Positions 48,437-58,264 of a stretch of 64,000 nt of DNA are shown in pieces (positions within the stretch are counted from its first letter, which is position 1; each line of letters opens with the position of its first letter). The stretch is from an uncultured Holophagales bacterium. Its GTDB lineage: Bacteria > Acidobacteriota > Thermoanaerobaculia > Multivoradales > UBA5704. The notes beneath the pieces are model-generated. The model ran no database searches, was not told the origin of the DNA, and saw only the letters and a list, made by a program, of their open reading frames with translations. Made by a program: the position numbers and the translations under genes. Location: contig CAWJGT010000025.1 of NCBI GenBank assembly GCA_963842525.1, positions 288,001 through 352,000 of the forward strand, read 5' to 3'.

Positions 48437-50720
48437 TCAATTCCCGCCCGCCGACGCGCCTTGCCTCTTGAGCCGGGCGGCGCGGGCGGCGAGGCGGGCG
48501 AATTCGGCCACGTCCGGCCCCTGGTCCGAGGTCGAGAGCTCGTTCACCAGCCGGCGCGAGCGGCGCAGGACCTCGTCCAGATTGCCCTCCTTCGCCGTCG
48601 GGGCACCCTTCAGGACTTCGGCGAGCTCGGCCACCAGGGAGGCCAGCCGGAGACCCCGCGGCGCCTTGTCCCAGCTCGCGGCCAGATCCGAGGCCCGGAG
48701 ACTCCTTGACCGTCTCCTGCTGCTCGCCGGTACCGGGCACCCGGTAGCGCAGCCGGAAGGTGGCGATCTTCTGGCTGTTCTGGACCCCGGGCCTGAGCTG
48801 GACCTCATAGAGCGCCGTCACGCTGTGCCCGGCGCCGACCTCGCCTGCGTCCACCGTGTTGTCGCGGAACTGCTCGTGCTTGAGCAGCCGGTTCTCGTAG
48901 CCGATCAGACGCCAGTGCACCACCGCCTTGGGGTCGAATTCGACCTGGACCTTGGCGTCCTTGGCGAGCGTCTGGAGCGTGCCGGAGAGCTGATCCACCA
49001 GCACCCGGCGGGCCTCCGCGAGGTTGTCGATGTACGCGTAGCCGCCGTCTCCCTTGTCGGCGAGCTGCTCCATCAGGACGTCGTTGTAGCTGCCCATGCC
49101 CACGCCGAGCGTGGTCAGCTCGATCCCCTGCCGGGCCTCGCGGCCGATCCGCTCCAGGATGGCGTTGGGTCCTGTGGCTCCCACGTTCGCCACCCCGTCC
49201 GAGCAGAGGATGATCCGGTTGATCGCGCCGTTGCGGAAGTACCGGCGAGCCAGGTCGTAGCCGGCGATCAGGCCGGCTTCGGCGTTGGTCGCACCCTCGG
49301 CCCGCAGGCTCTGGGTCGCCTGGCGGACCGCCTCGCGGTCGGCCGTCGGCTCGAGCACTACCCGGGCGTCGTTCCCGTAGACCACCAAACCGACCTTGTC
49401 GCCGGGACGGAGCTGGTCGAGCAGCAGGCCGAGGGACTCCTTGACGAGACCCAGGCGATTCTGCGCGTCCATCGACCCGGAGACGTCGACCACGAAGGTC
49501 AGCACCGAGGGCTTGCGGTTCTCGGGCCGGACCTCCCGGGCGCGGAGGTTGAAGCGCAGCAGGCGGTGGTCGGCGGGCGCGAAGGGGGTCGGGGCCCCCT
49601 CGGCGCGGAGGGCGAAGTCCGTCCGGGTCGGCGCCGGATCGCCGTAGCGGAAGAAGTTGACGAACTCCTCGACCCGGACGGAGGCGGGGTCCGGCAGCCG
49701 GCCTTCGCGCAGGAATCCCCGTGCCACGGTGTAGGAGGCGGTGTCCACGTCCAGCCCGAAGGTGGAGAGCGCGTCCGTGCCCGTCTCCGTGAACGGATTG
49801 GTGCCCACGGCCTGGAACCTGTTGTCGCGGAACCGGTCCACCGGCTCCTCACCCCCGACGCGCAGCGGAGAATCGTCCATGACGGCACCGGGGCCAGCCG
49901 CAACTCCACCGACCGTGCCCCCGGGCACACCACCGGGGACCCCTCCCACCACGCCGCCGGCGACTCCTCCTTCCACGCCTCCTTCCACGCCTTCGACCTC
50001 GGCAAGCTGGTCGGGGACCTCGACCGGCTGGACCGGCTCCGCGGCAGGCGGAGGGGCGTTGGCCCAGGGGTCCCGCGCGGCGGGGATCCTCTCGAGCTCC
50101 CGCTGATTGATGATGGCTCCCGTGGAGCTCCTACGCTTGTCGAGCAGCGGCGACTCGGAGGTGATCGTGACGACTTCGTCAGCAGCCCTCTGCCGCCGCG
50201 CCTCATCCTTCTCCTTCGCCGGACGCTCACCCACATAGCCCAGCGCCTTGAGCTCCTCCTGCTCGTCCCGTCGCGTCGCCTGCGGCACCGGCTTGGGAGA
50301 CGCCGGCACGGCATCGGCGGCCATCTGTGCGGTCTCGCTGTCCGGGGAGGCTGCCGGAGGCGGAACGGCCCGTGCCGCAGGGGGCGGAGGGCTCAGCGGC
50401 CGGATCTTCTGCTCCTCGGCGACCGGCTTCCGGACGGCCTCCAGCTCCTCGGGCTGGGGCGTCACTTTCATGACCTGCAGGGCGACCAGGCCGCCGCCGA
50501 TCGTGGCGACCAGCGAGGCGGCAATCAGCCACCTCCGCTGCCGGGGCTCGCGGGATCCCGGGCTGGGGAAGGCACGGACGTTGTCGCCCAGGACCCGTGG
50601 CCCGACATTGACCACCGGCGGGATCTCGCTCTTGATCTTTTCGAGCAGCCCCTCGGGCGGCTCGATATCGTCGCGCTCCGCCAGCTTGCGGGCGACTTCA
50701 CGTTCAGTCCAGGGGCTCAT
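48437..50720 (-). CDS. Membrane-anchored YfbK-like VWA/DUF3520 protein, putative anti-sigma factor (apparent +1 frameshift at about 48701)
   Basis: N-terminal PPEGL..KI segment, TM, STFGLDVDTASY, VRVEEFVNFF.Y, DVSGSM MIDAS, SDGVAN, LIGYENR, AGHSVTALYE; correct C-terminus lies in ORF 48437-48808. Confidence 0.85.
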
Positions 50721-51334
50721 CGGGCATCCTCCTCGAGCGTGCGCGCCAGGATCTGGAGCGCCCTCTTCAGGCGCTTGCGGATGGCGACAGGGGTGACCCC
50801 CTCGTGCTGTGCGACCTCCTTGACCGGGAGGTCGCCCCAGAAGAGGGCGGTCACGGTGAAGCGGAGCTCCTCCGGCAGGGCGAGCACAGCTCGCCGCAGC
50901 CGGTCTCCGGCCATCGCCTGTCCCACGATCTCTTCAGGATCGGGGTCGGGGTCCGGAGAGGTGGCCTCCACGCCCTCCTCCAGAGGGACGAAGAGGCGTG
51001 GCCTGCGGACATGGTTGAGGAAGGTGTTGTAGGCGATGCGGCAGAGCCAGGTCGAGAACTGGGACCGGCCATCGAACCCGGCCAGAGCGTCCCAGGCCTT
51101 ACGGTAGGTCTCCTGGGTCAGATCGGACGCCAGGTCGGGGTCACCGCACAGCCGGCGCAGCAGCGCATAGACCGTGCGATACGTCGACTCGACCAGCTTT
51201 TCCGCCGCCTCGCGGTCTCCTGCCGCGAGCGCCGCCAGCAGCCTGCCTTCCTGCGCTCCCTCGGATCGTTCCCGCAACCCACCTCCCCACCCGCTTGAAA
51301 CGGTCGCTGCTCGTTCTGTGGTCATCATTTTCAC
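50717..51334 (-). CDS. ECF-type sigma-70 factor
   Basis: ASDLTQET...F.GRSQFSTWL.RIA.N; region 4; ATGA overlap with VWA gene. Confidence 0.9.
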   Translation of the reverse strand: MKMMTTERAATVSSGWGGGLRERSEGAQEGRLLAALAAGDREAAEKLVESTYRTVYALLRRLCGDPDLASDLTQETYRKAWDALAGFDGRSQFSTWLCRIAYNTFLNHVRRPRLFVPLEEGVEATSPDPDPDPEEIVGQAMAGDRLRRAVLALPEELRFTVTALFWGDLPVKEVAQHEGVTPVAIRKRLKRALQILARTLEEDAR

Positions 51335-51370
51335 CTTACCTGCTCAGACACGGGAGGGGGGCGGAAGGAA

Positions 51371-51527
51371 ACCTCACCCCCTCTCCCATCTCCCTTCCAC
51401 CCCCCGCCGGGAGAGGGGGGACGCATCCGGAGCCGTTCCGCGAGATCGCCACACAGGCATCAACTACGTTCCCCCTCTCCCGGGGATGGGCGGGTGGGAG
51501 ATGGGAGAGGGGGCTAGGGGGTGAGGT
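51371..51527. repeat. G/C-rich palindromic REP/MITE-like element
   Basis: ACCTCACCCCCTCTCCCATCTCCC ... GGGAGATGGGAGAGGGGGCTAGGGGGTGAGGT; same family as 31932 element. Confidence 0.8.
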
Positions 51528-52185
51528 CCGCCGCCCGCAAATCCTCCACCACCCAGTCCGCCCCCGCCGCCCGCAGATCCTCGGCCGGGGTCCACCCCGT
51601 GGCCACGGCCAGAACGGGAATCCCGTGGGCGCGGGCGCAGGCGATGTCGTGGAGGCTGTCGCCGATGATGAGCACCTCGTCGGGTTGGAACCGGCGGCCG
51701 AGGTGGCGCTCGGCCCGGTCCAGGGCGACGGGCGGCAGGTCGTTGCGGTCCACGGCGTCGCAGCCGTAGGCGCCAAAGGGAAAGAACCGATTGAGATCGA
51801 AGCGCGACAGCTTGGTCCGCGCCCCCGGCTCCCAGTTGCCGGTGAGGAGAGCGAGCTCGATGTCGTCCCGGGCCGCGAGGTGTTCCAGGAGGTCGGGCAG
51901 GCCCGGCAGGAGTCGCATCCGCTGGCGGTCGAGGGCGCGCTCCAACCTCTCGACGTAGATCTCGCGGACCCGCGGCAGACCCTCCCGGACCTCGTCCTCG
52001 GAAAGCCCGGCGCCGGTCGCCAGGTCGAGCGTGATCCGGCCGTCGGTCTTGCCGGAGAAGTCGTACGCCCGCCAGTCTCCGGACCGGCCGAAGACCTCCT
52101 CCAGCACCTCGGCAAACACCGGCTTCGCCTGCCCGCCGCAGTCCAGCAGCGTGCCGTCGATGTCGAACAAGAGGAGGCGCACCAT
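51514..52185 (-). CDS. HAD-superfamily hydrolase
   Basis: LFDIDGTL, LTGN, IGDS..D. Confidence 0.9.
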   Translation of the reverse strand: MVRLLLFDIDGTLLDCGGQAKPVFAEVLEEVFGRSGDWRAYDFSGKTDGRITLDLATGAGLSEDEVREGLPRVREIYVERLERALDRQRMRLLPGLPDLLEHLAARDDIELALLTGNWEPGARTKLSRFDLNRFFPFGAYGCDAVDRNDLPPVALDRAERHLGRRFQPDEVLIIGDSLHDIACARAHGIPVLAVATGWTPAEDLRAAGADWVVEDLRAADLTP

Positions 52186-52189
52186 CACC

Positions 52190-52969
52190 TCATCTCCACT
52201 TCGGCGGCTTCTTGGTCTCGAGGAACGTGGCGATGCCGCGCTTGCAGTCGTCCGTGGCGCGGGCGGCGGCGTTGACCTCGGCGGCGTGGCCGAGGGCCTC
52301 GTCGAGCCGGATGCCCATCACCTCCAGAAGCAGCCGCTTGGTGCGGGCGATTGACTCCGAGCTGCCGGTCTCCAGCACCTGCGCCGCCAGCGCGTCGCCC
52401 ACCCCTGACAGGTCGGCCGCGGGGCAGATCCGGTTGACCAGCCCGATCTCCAGCGCCTTGCGGGCATCGAGGAACTGGGGATTGAGCAGCAGCTCGCGGA
52501 TGTCCGAGCCGCGCAGGCGCAACGGGAGAAAGGTCGCCACCAGCGCCGCCACGAAGCCGATCCGGACCTCGCTGTAGAGGAAGCGGGCATCGTCGGCCGC
52601 CACCACGAAATCGTGCGCCGTGGCGAGGCCACAGCCGCCGGCCACGCAGGCGCCGTGGACGAGAGCGATCGTGAGGGCCTCCTGGCGGAGGACCGCTTCG
52701 AAGAGGTCGCGCAGGCGCAGCGAATCGCGAAGGTTCTCCTCCGGCCCCGCGTCGCGGAGCGCCCGCAGGTGCTCCAGGTCCGCTCCGGCCGAGAAGTTCT
52801 TGCCGGCGCCCGACAGCAGGACGGCGCGGACGCCTTCGCTCCGCAGGTGGCGGCGGTAGATCTCGGTCAGCTCGCCGATCACCTCCGGGGACAAGGCGTT
52901 GGCCCGCGCCGGATCGTTCAGCGTCACCCGCAGGAGGTCGCCGTCACGGTGCGTCTCGAGGAGGCTCAT
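52190..52969 (-). CDS. Enoyl-CoA hydratase/crotonase (methylglutaconyl-CoA hydratase-like)
   Basis: NAL, FSAGADL, VHG..VAGGCGL, SEVRIG. Confidence 0.88.
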   Translation of the reverse strand: MSLLETHRDGDLLRVTLNDPARANALSPEVIGELTEIYRRHLRSEGVRAVLLSGAGKNFSAGADLEHLRALRDAGPEENLRDSLRLRDLFEAVLRQEALTIALVHGACVAGGCGLATAHDFVVAADDARFLYSEVRIGFVAALVATFLPLRLRGSDIRELLLNPQFLDARKALEIGLVNRICPAADLSGVGDALAAQVLETGSSESIARTKRLLLEVMGIRLDEALGHAAEVNAAARATDDCKRGIATFLETKKPPKWR

Positions 52970-53319
52970 CGATCCGATCGACCCACGGCCGCCTGGACCA
53001 GCTCGTCCGGGAGCTCCACCTCCATCTGGAGGAGCCCCTGGGCGTGGGTCTTCCCCTGGGCGTCCGTCTTCAGGCTCTCGGTCCCGCCGCCGCCGAGGGA
53101 GTCGTGGAGGATGAAGTTGAAGGCCAGGAGGTTCGGCACCTCGAAGCGCTCGACGCGGCCGCGGCAGACCTCCCGGAAGTGCTCCTGCACGCGCTCGGGC
53201 GTGGTCTGGTCCCGGATCGCGGCATAGATCTCCGGCGTGCGGGCGATCAGGCCGACATTGCTCGCATCGCCCTTGTCGCCCGAGCGGGCGAGCGCCACGT
53301 CGTAGAGGCGTACTCTCAT
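52966..53319 (-). CDS. AtuA-related small protein (C-terminal ferredoxin-fold domain)
   Basis: ARSGDKGD..N.G, VERFEVPNL.A.NF, LGGGG..SL..D.QGK. Confidence 0.85.
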   Translation of the reverse strand: MRVRLYDVALARSGDKGDASNVGLIARTPEIYAAIRDQTTPERVQEHFREVCRGRVERFEVPNLLAFNFILHDSLGGGGTESLKTDAQGKTHAQGLLQMEVELPDELVQAAVGRSDR

Positions 53320-53370
53320 TCCATTCTCCAGTCGAGCTTGAAGCGCGGCATGGGGGGCGAATCTCCGTTT

Positions 53371-55897
53371 TCAAGGAGTGGAGCTCAATTTTTTGAGCTC
53401 GGCGCACCCTTGCTGATCCCCTCCCTTGCATGCTTTGTCATAGAGCTCGCCGGCCTTTGCCGGGCTTGCCGCCAGTCCTCCACTTCCAGCCAGGTACATA
53501 TCCCCGAGGGATTTGCAAGATTCCGCGTGATTTTTGTCGCAGGCTTTCCGGTAAAGCTCCACGGCCTTCGCCAGGTCGGCAGAAAGCCCGCCCTCGCCAG
53601 TTGCGTACACAAATCCGAGGATATCGCAGCCAGCCGCCCAGTCGCCGTCGCAGGCCCTCGTAAAAAGATCGACAGCCTTCGCCGGGTCGCTTGGTACTCC
53701 CCAGCCGAGCAGGTACATGGCTCCGAGCTCGGTGCAGCCAGCCGCCGAGCCATCGGCGCAAGCCGTGCGGTAAAGCTCCACAGCCTTCACTGGATCGACA
53801 GAGAGCCCGCCTTCGCCTTTTGCGTAGGAATCTCCGAGGTTATGACAGCCTTCTGCCATACCACCATCGCAGGCTTTCCGGTAGAGATCTACAGCCTTCA
53901 CCGGGTCGACAGAGAGCCCGCCACTGCCATTGTCGTACGAAATTCCGAGGTTATAGCAGCCTTCTGCCATGCCACCATCGCAGGCTTTCCGGTAGAGCTC
54001 TACAGCCTTCACTGGGTCGACAGTCAGCCCGCCCTTGCCGTTTGCGTACGAAATTCCGAGTTTATGACAGCCTTCTGCCATACCACCATCGCAGGCTTTC
54101 CGGTACAGCTCCACAGCCTTCACAGGGTCAACAGAGAGCCCGCCTTCGCCTTTTGCGTACAAAATTCCGAGGTTATAGCAGCCTTCTGCGTGACCACCGT
54201 CGCAGGCTTTCCGGTAGAGCTTCCACAGCCTTCACTGGGTCGACAGAGAGCCCGCCTTCGCCTTCCGCGTACAACAAATTGCCGAGGGCATAGCAGCTAG
54301 GCGCCCAGCCGCCTTCGCAAGCCTTGCGGTAGGGCTCCACGGCCTTCGCCAGATCGACAGGCAGCCCTACCCCGCCAGTTGCGTACGAATTTCCGAGATT
54401 ATGGCAGCCAGCCGCCAAGCCGCCCTCGCAAGCTTTGCGGTAGAGCTCCGCGGCCTTCACCGGGTCGGCAGGCCGCCCGCCTTCGCCTTTTGCGTACAAA
54501 GCTCCGAGATTCGAGCAGCCAGCCGCCCAGCCGCCTTCGCAAGCCTTGCGATAGAGCTCCACGGCCTTCGCCGGGTCGGCAGCCAGCCCGCCCTCGCCTT
54601 TTTCGTACAAAGTTCCGAGATTTGAGCAGCCAGCCGCCAAGCCGCCTTCGCAAGCCTTGCGGTTGAGCTCCACGACCTTCGCTGGGTCGGCAGCCAGCCC
54701 GCCCGTGCCCTCCCAGTACATGACTCCGAGGTTATAGCAGCCTTCTGCCTGACCACCGTCGCAGGCTTTCCGGTAGAGCTCCACAGCCTTCGCCGGGTCG
54801 CTTGGTACTCCCTTGCCGAGCAGGTACCTGGCTCCGAGCTCGGCGCAGCCAGCCGCCGAGCCATCGTCGCAAGCCTTGCGGTAGAGCTCCACAGCCTTCA
54901 CCGGATCGGCAGCCAGCCCGCCCTTGCCTTTTGCATACGAATGCCCGAGGCTAGTGCAACCTTCTGCCATACCGCCGTCGCAGGCTTTCCGATAGAGCTC
55001 CGCAGCCTTTGCCGGGTCGACAGGCAGCCCGCCCATGCCTTTTGCGTACGAACCTCCGAGGTTATAGCAGCCTTCTGCCGTACCGCCGTCGCAGGCTTTC
55101 CGGTGAAGCTCCACGGCCTTCACCGGGTCAGCAGGCAACCCGCCCTCGCCTTTTGCGTAATAAACCCCGAGCATGGCGCAGCTCGTCGCCCAGCCGCCGT
55201 CGCAGGCTTTCCGGTGAAGCTCCACAGCCTTCACCGGGTCAGCAGGCAGCCCGCCCTCGCCGTCTGCGTACATATATGCGAGCTTCGAGCAGCCAGTCGC
55301 CAAGCCGTCGTCGCAAGCCCTGCGGAAGAGCTCCACGGCCTTCGCCGGGTCGGCGGGCAGCCCGCCCTTGCCTTTTGTGTACCAAAGACCGAGGTTATAG
55401 CAGCCAGCCGCGACGTCACCGTCGCAAGCCTTGCGGAAGAGCTCCACAGCCTTCACCGGGTCGACAGGCAGCCCGCCGTTGCCGTTTGCGTACAAATTTC
55501 CGAGGCTAAAGCAGCCAAGCGCCAAGCCGCCGTCGCAAGCCTTGCGGTAGAGCTCCGCGGCTTTCGCCAAGTCGACAGGCAGCCCACCCTCGCCCTCTGA
55601 GTACATAACTCCGAGATCATGGCAGCTTGGTGCCTGACCACCGTCGCAGGCTTTCCGGTAGAGCTCCACGGTCTTCGCCGGGTCGGCAGTCAACCCACCC
55701 ATGCCTTGTAAGTACATGGTTCCGAGATTCGCGCAGCCTTCCGCATCGCCCTCCTCGCAAGCTTTCTTGAAAAGCTCCACGGCGTTCTCGGGAAGCTGCT
55801 CAATCCCCTCTTGGCCAGGCGTCTCAGCCGCAACACCTCGACTTACCCCGACGGCTGAAAGCAACAGCAACACAAGGCAGGGTAGCCGCACTCTCAT
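53371..55897 (-). CDS. Secreted cysteine-rich Sel1-like repeat protein, about 841 aa (apparent +1 frameshift at about 54221)
   Basis: Signal peptide; 22 units of KA.ELY.KAC.GG...GC..LG..Y..G.GG; the two ORFs join on removing one base (GAAG to GAG). Confidence 0.88.
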
Positions 55898-56310
55898 TTC
55901 GTCTTCCTCTTCAGGCTCAACGTCAGGGCTACTCCGCCCAGCAAGGCACAGACCGCGCCAACGGCGCCTACCGTCGCCGGCCGGGTGGCCAGCGGATGAT
56001 AGAGGCCGGGGAACACGGCTCGGAAGCCCAGGTCGAGGATCTCGTGGTGCCGCCGCTCCAGGAGCGCGAAGCCGCCGAGGGCGACGGCAGCCAGCAGCGC
56101 CATGGCGCCGATCAGGCGCGGTCCCGGCCAGCCTTGCTGCAGGCCTTGCCGCAGCAGCACCACCCAGCAGACGGCCGCGGCGAGCGCCCAGGCCACGAAG
56201 ATGAGACGGTCGGCGAGCGCGCTGTAGAGGAAACCCAGGACCAGGATCGGCAGCAGCCCGGCGAGCAGGCCGCCGTACCAGGCACGGAGCAGAGATCGCT
56301 CCTCGCTCAC
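55894..56310 (-). CDS. Hypothetical membrane protein
   Basis: About 4 TM helices; start and stop overlap both neighbours. Confidence 0.7.
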   Translation of the reverse strand: MSEERSLLRAWYGGLLAGLLPILVLGFLYSALADRLIFVAWALAAAVCWVVLLRQGLQQGWPGPRLIGAMALLAAVALGGFALLERRHHEILDLGFRAVFPGLYHPLATRPATVGAVGAVCALLGGVALTLSLKRKTK

Positions 56311-57674
56311 ACCTCCTCCACCGTGACCTCGATCCGGCCCTCGACCTCCTCGCGGGCGAGCAGCGCGGGCCAGTAGGCCATGACCTCCTGCGGCTTGGGC
56401 CGGCCGCCCGCGAAACCGGTCACGCCGGGCGGGCCGGCGGTGATCAGCGGCGCGATCTCCATGCCAAAGCGCTCCACCCGCTGAGGGTCGGGATCGCGCA
56501 CGCCGAGGCGGAGGACCACCTCGGGCGGCTCGTCCGCCGCCGGCAAGATGCCGGGCAGGCAGGCGCCGGTGCCGAGCAGCTCCTCCGACCGGTGCTCCGG
56601 GTCGAAGCTGACCCCGGCCCGCTCCAGCCGCTTCCAGACCACCTCGGCGGCGAGCTTCGCCTTGTCGACGGCACGCGGACCGGAGACCGTGATCTGGCCG
56701 CTCGACTTGTAGCCGGCGAGATAGGAGCCTGAGACCTTGAGGAACGGCGTGCGCGGCTTGCCCTGGATGCCCGAGACCTCGACCCGGTCCTTGCCGTCCT
56801 GCCGCAGGCGGATCGAGGTGAAGTCGGCGGTCACGTCCGGAGTGAGGTACCCCGCGGGGTCGCCCATCTCGTAGAGGAGCTGCTCGGAGACGGTGTCGAC
56901 CGTCACCATGCCGCCTGTCCCCGTGTGCTTGGTGACCGTGAAGGTGCCGTCCGCGCGGGCCTCGACGATGGGATAGCCAGCGTTCCAGAGGTCGGGGACC
57001 TCCCACCAGCGGCTGAAGTTGCCGCCCGTGCACTGGGCGCCGCATTCGATGATGTGACCGGCGATCGTGCCGGCGGCCAGGCAGTTCCAGTCGTCCTCGG
57101 CCCAGCCGAATTCGTGGATCATGGGAGCGAGGGCGAGCGCCGTGTCCGTAATCCGGCCACAGAGGACGATGTGCGCCCCCTGCCGCAGGGCCTCCACCAC
57201 CGGCCGCGCCCCGAGGTAGGCATTGGCGCTCATGACCCGGTCGACGTGCGCCGCGATGGGCTCGCCGGTGTCCATGTTCTTCAGCTCGTGCCCGGCTGCC
57301 ACCAGGTCGCGCAGCCGGGGGAAGAGGTCGTCCCCCTCCACGACGCCCACGCGCAGGCCCTGGACCCCAAGCTCCTTGGCCACCTCGAAGATCCGCTCGC
57401 GGCAGGCCCGCGGGTTCAGGCCGCCGGCGTTGGCCAGGATGCGCACATTGCGCTCGCGGATCTCGGGCAGCACCCGGCGGACGAAGCCGATGAAGTCCGT
57501 GGCATAGCCCAGGCGCGGGTCCTTGAGCTTCTGCCGCATCATGATCGAGAGGGTGACCTCGGCCAGGTAGTCCATGCCGATGTAGTCGATCGGCCCGCCG
57601 CGGAGCAGCTCCACCGGCGCATCGACGTTGTCGCCCCAGAACCCCTGGCCGTTCCCGATCCGGATCGTCTTCAT
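56307..57674 (-). CDS. AtuA family (DUF1446) acyclic terpene utilization protein
   Basis: RIGNGQGFWGD, DYLAE.T, SANAYLG, GR.TD, AGH.IECG.Q.TGGN, EQLLYE. Confidence 0.9.
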   Translation of the reverse strand: MKTIRIGNGQGFWGDNVDAPVELLRGGPIDYIGMDYLAEVTLSIMMRQKLKDPRLGYATDFIGFVRRVLPEIRERNVRILANAGGLNPRACRERIFEVAKELGVQGLRVGVVEGDDLFPRLRDLVAAGHELKNMDTGEPIAAHVDRVMSANAYLGARPVVEALRQGAHIVLCGRITDTALALAPMIHEFGWAEDDWNCLAAGTIAGHIIECGAQCTGGNFSRWWEVPDLWNAGYPIVEARADGTFTVTKHTGTGGMVTVDTVSEQLLYEMGDPAGYLTPDVTADFTSIRLRQDGKDRVEVSGIQGKPRTPFLKVSGSYLAGYKSSGQITVSGPRAVDKAKLAAEVVWKRLERAGVSFDPEHRSEELLGTGACLPGILPAADEPPEVVLRLGVRDPDPQRVERFGMEIAPLITAGPPGVTGFAGGRPKPQEVMAYWPALLAREEVEGRIEVTVEEV

Positions 57675-57761
57675 AGGCCGGGGAAGCCTAGCACGACGGC
57701 CGGAGGTCGGGATTTTGCATACAAAAGAATGCGGACCATGGACATGGAGGAGGGACGCGAC

Positions 57762-58235
57762 ATGGCAACTGAGACGATGGAACGCACCGAAACCCGGTCG
57801 GGAAACATCAGCCAGGAAGAGTTCCTGGAGGGGCTGAACGTCGACCTGGCCCACGAATATGGGGCGGTTATCGCCTATCGGACCTACGCCAGCCAGGTGC
57901 AGGGGCAGTGGCGGATGGAGCTGCGGCAATTCTTCGAGGCCGAGATCCCGGACGAGCTCGGGCACGCCCAGATTCTCGCCGACAAGATCGTCGCCCTGGG
58001 AGGCACCCCGACCACCCAGGCCGCGCCGGTCAAGCAGGGCCGGGACGCCAGGGAGATGCTGAGGAACGCTCTTGAGGACGAGATCGAGACGATCGACCGC
58101 TACGTCAAGCGCCGCAAGCAGGCCGAGTCCCTCGGCCACTACGGCCTGGCCGTGGAGTTCGACGACCTGATCCGCGACGAGACCACCCACCGCGACGAGA
58201 TCCAGATGATCCTCAAGAGGTGGGACACGGGGTAG
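57762..58235 (+). CDS. Ferritin-like (bacterioferritin-type) protein
   Basis: Di-iron pattern E...DE.GH...E...DE..H; LGG.P. Confidence 0.85.
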   Translation: MATETMERTETRSGNISQEEFLEGLNVDLAHEYGAVIAYRTYASQVQGQWRMELRQFFEAEIPDELGHAQILADKIVALGGTPTTQAAPVKQGRDAREMLRNALEDEIETIDRYVKRRKQAESLGHYGLAVEFDDLIRDETTHRDEIQMILKRWDTG

Positions 58236-58264
58236 ACGCGAGCCCACCAGAGAGGACGGACCTC

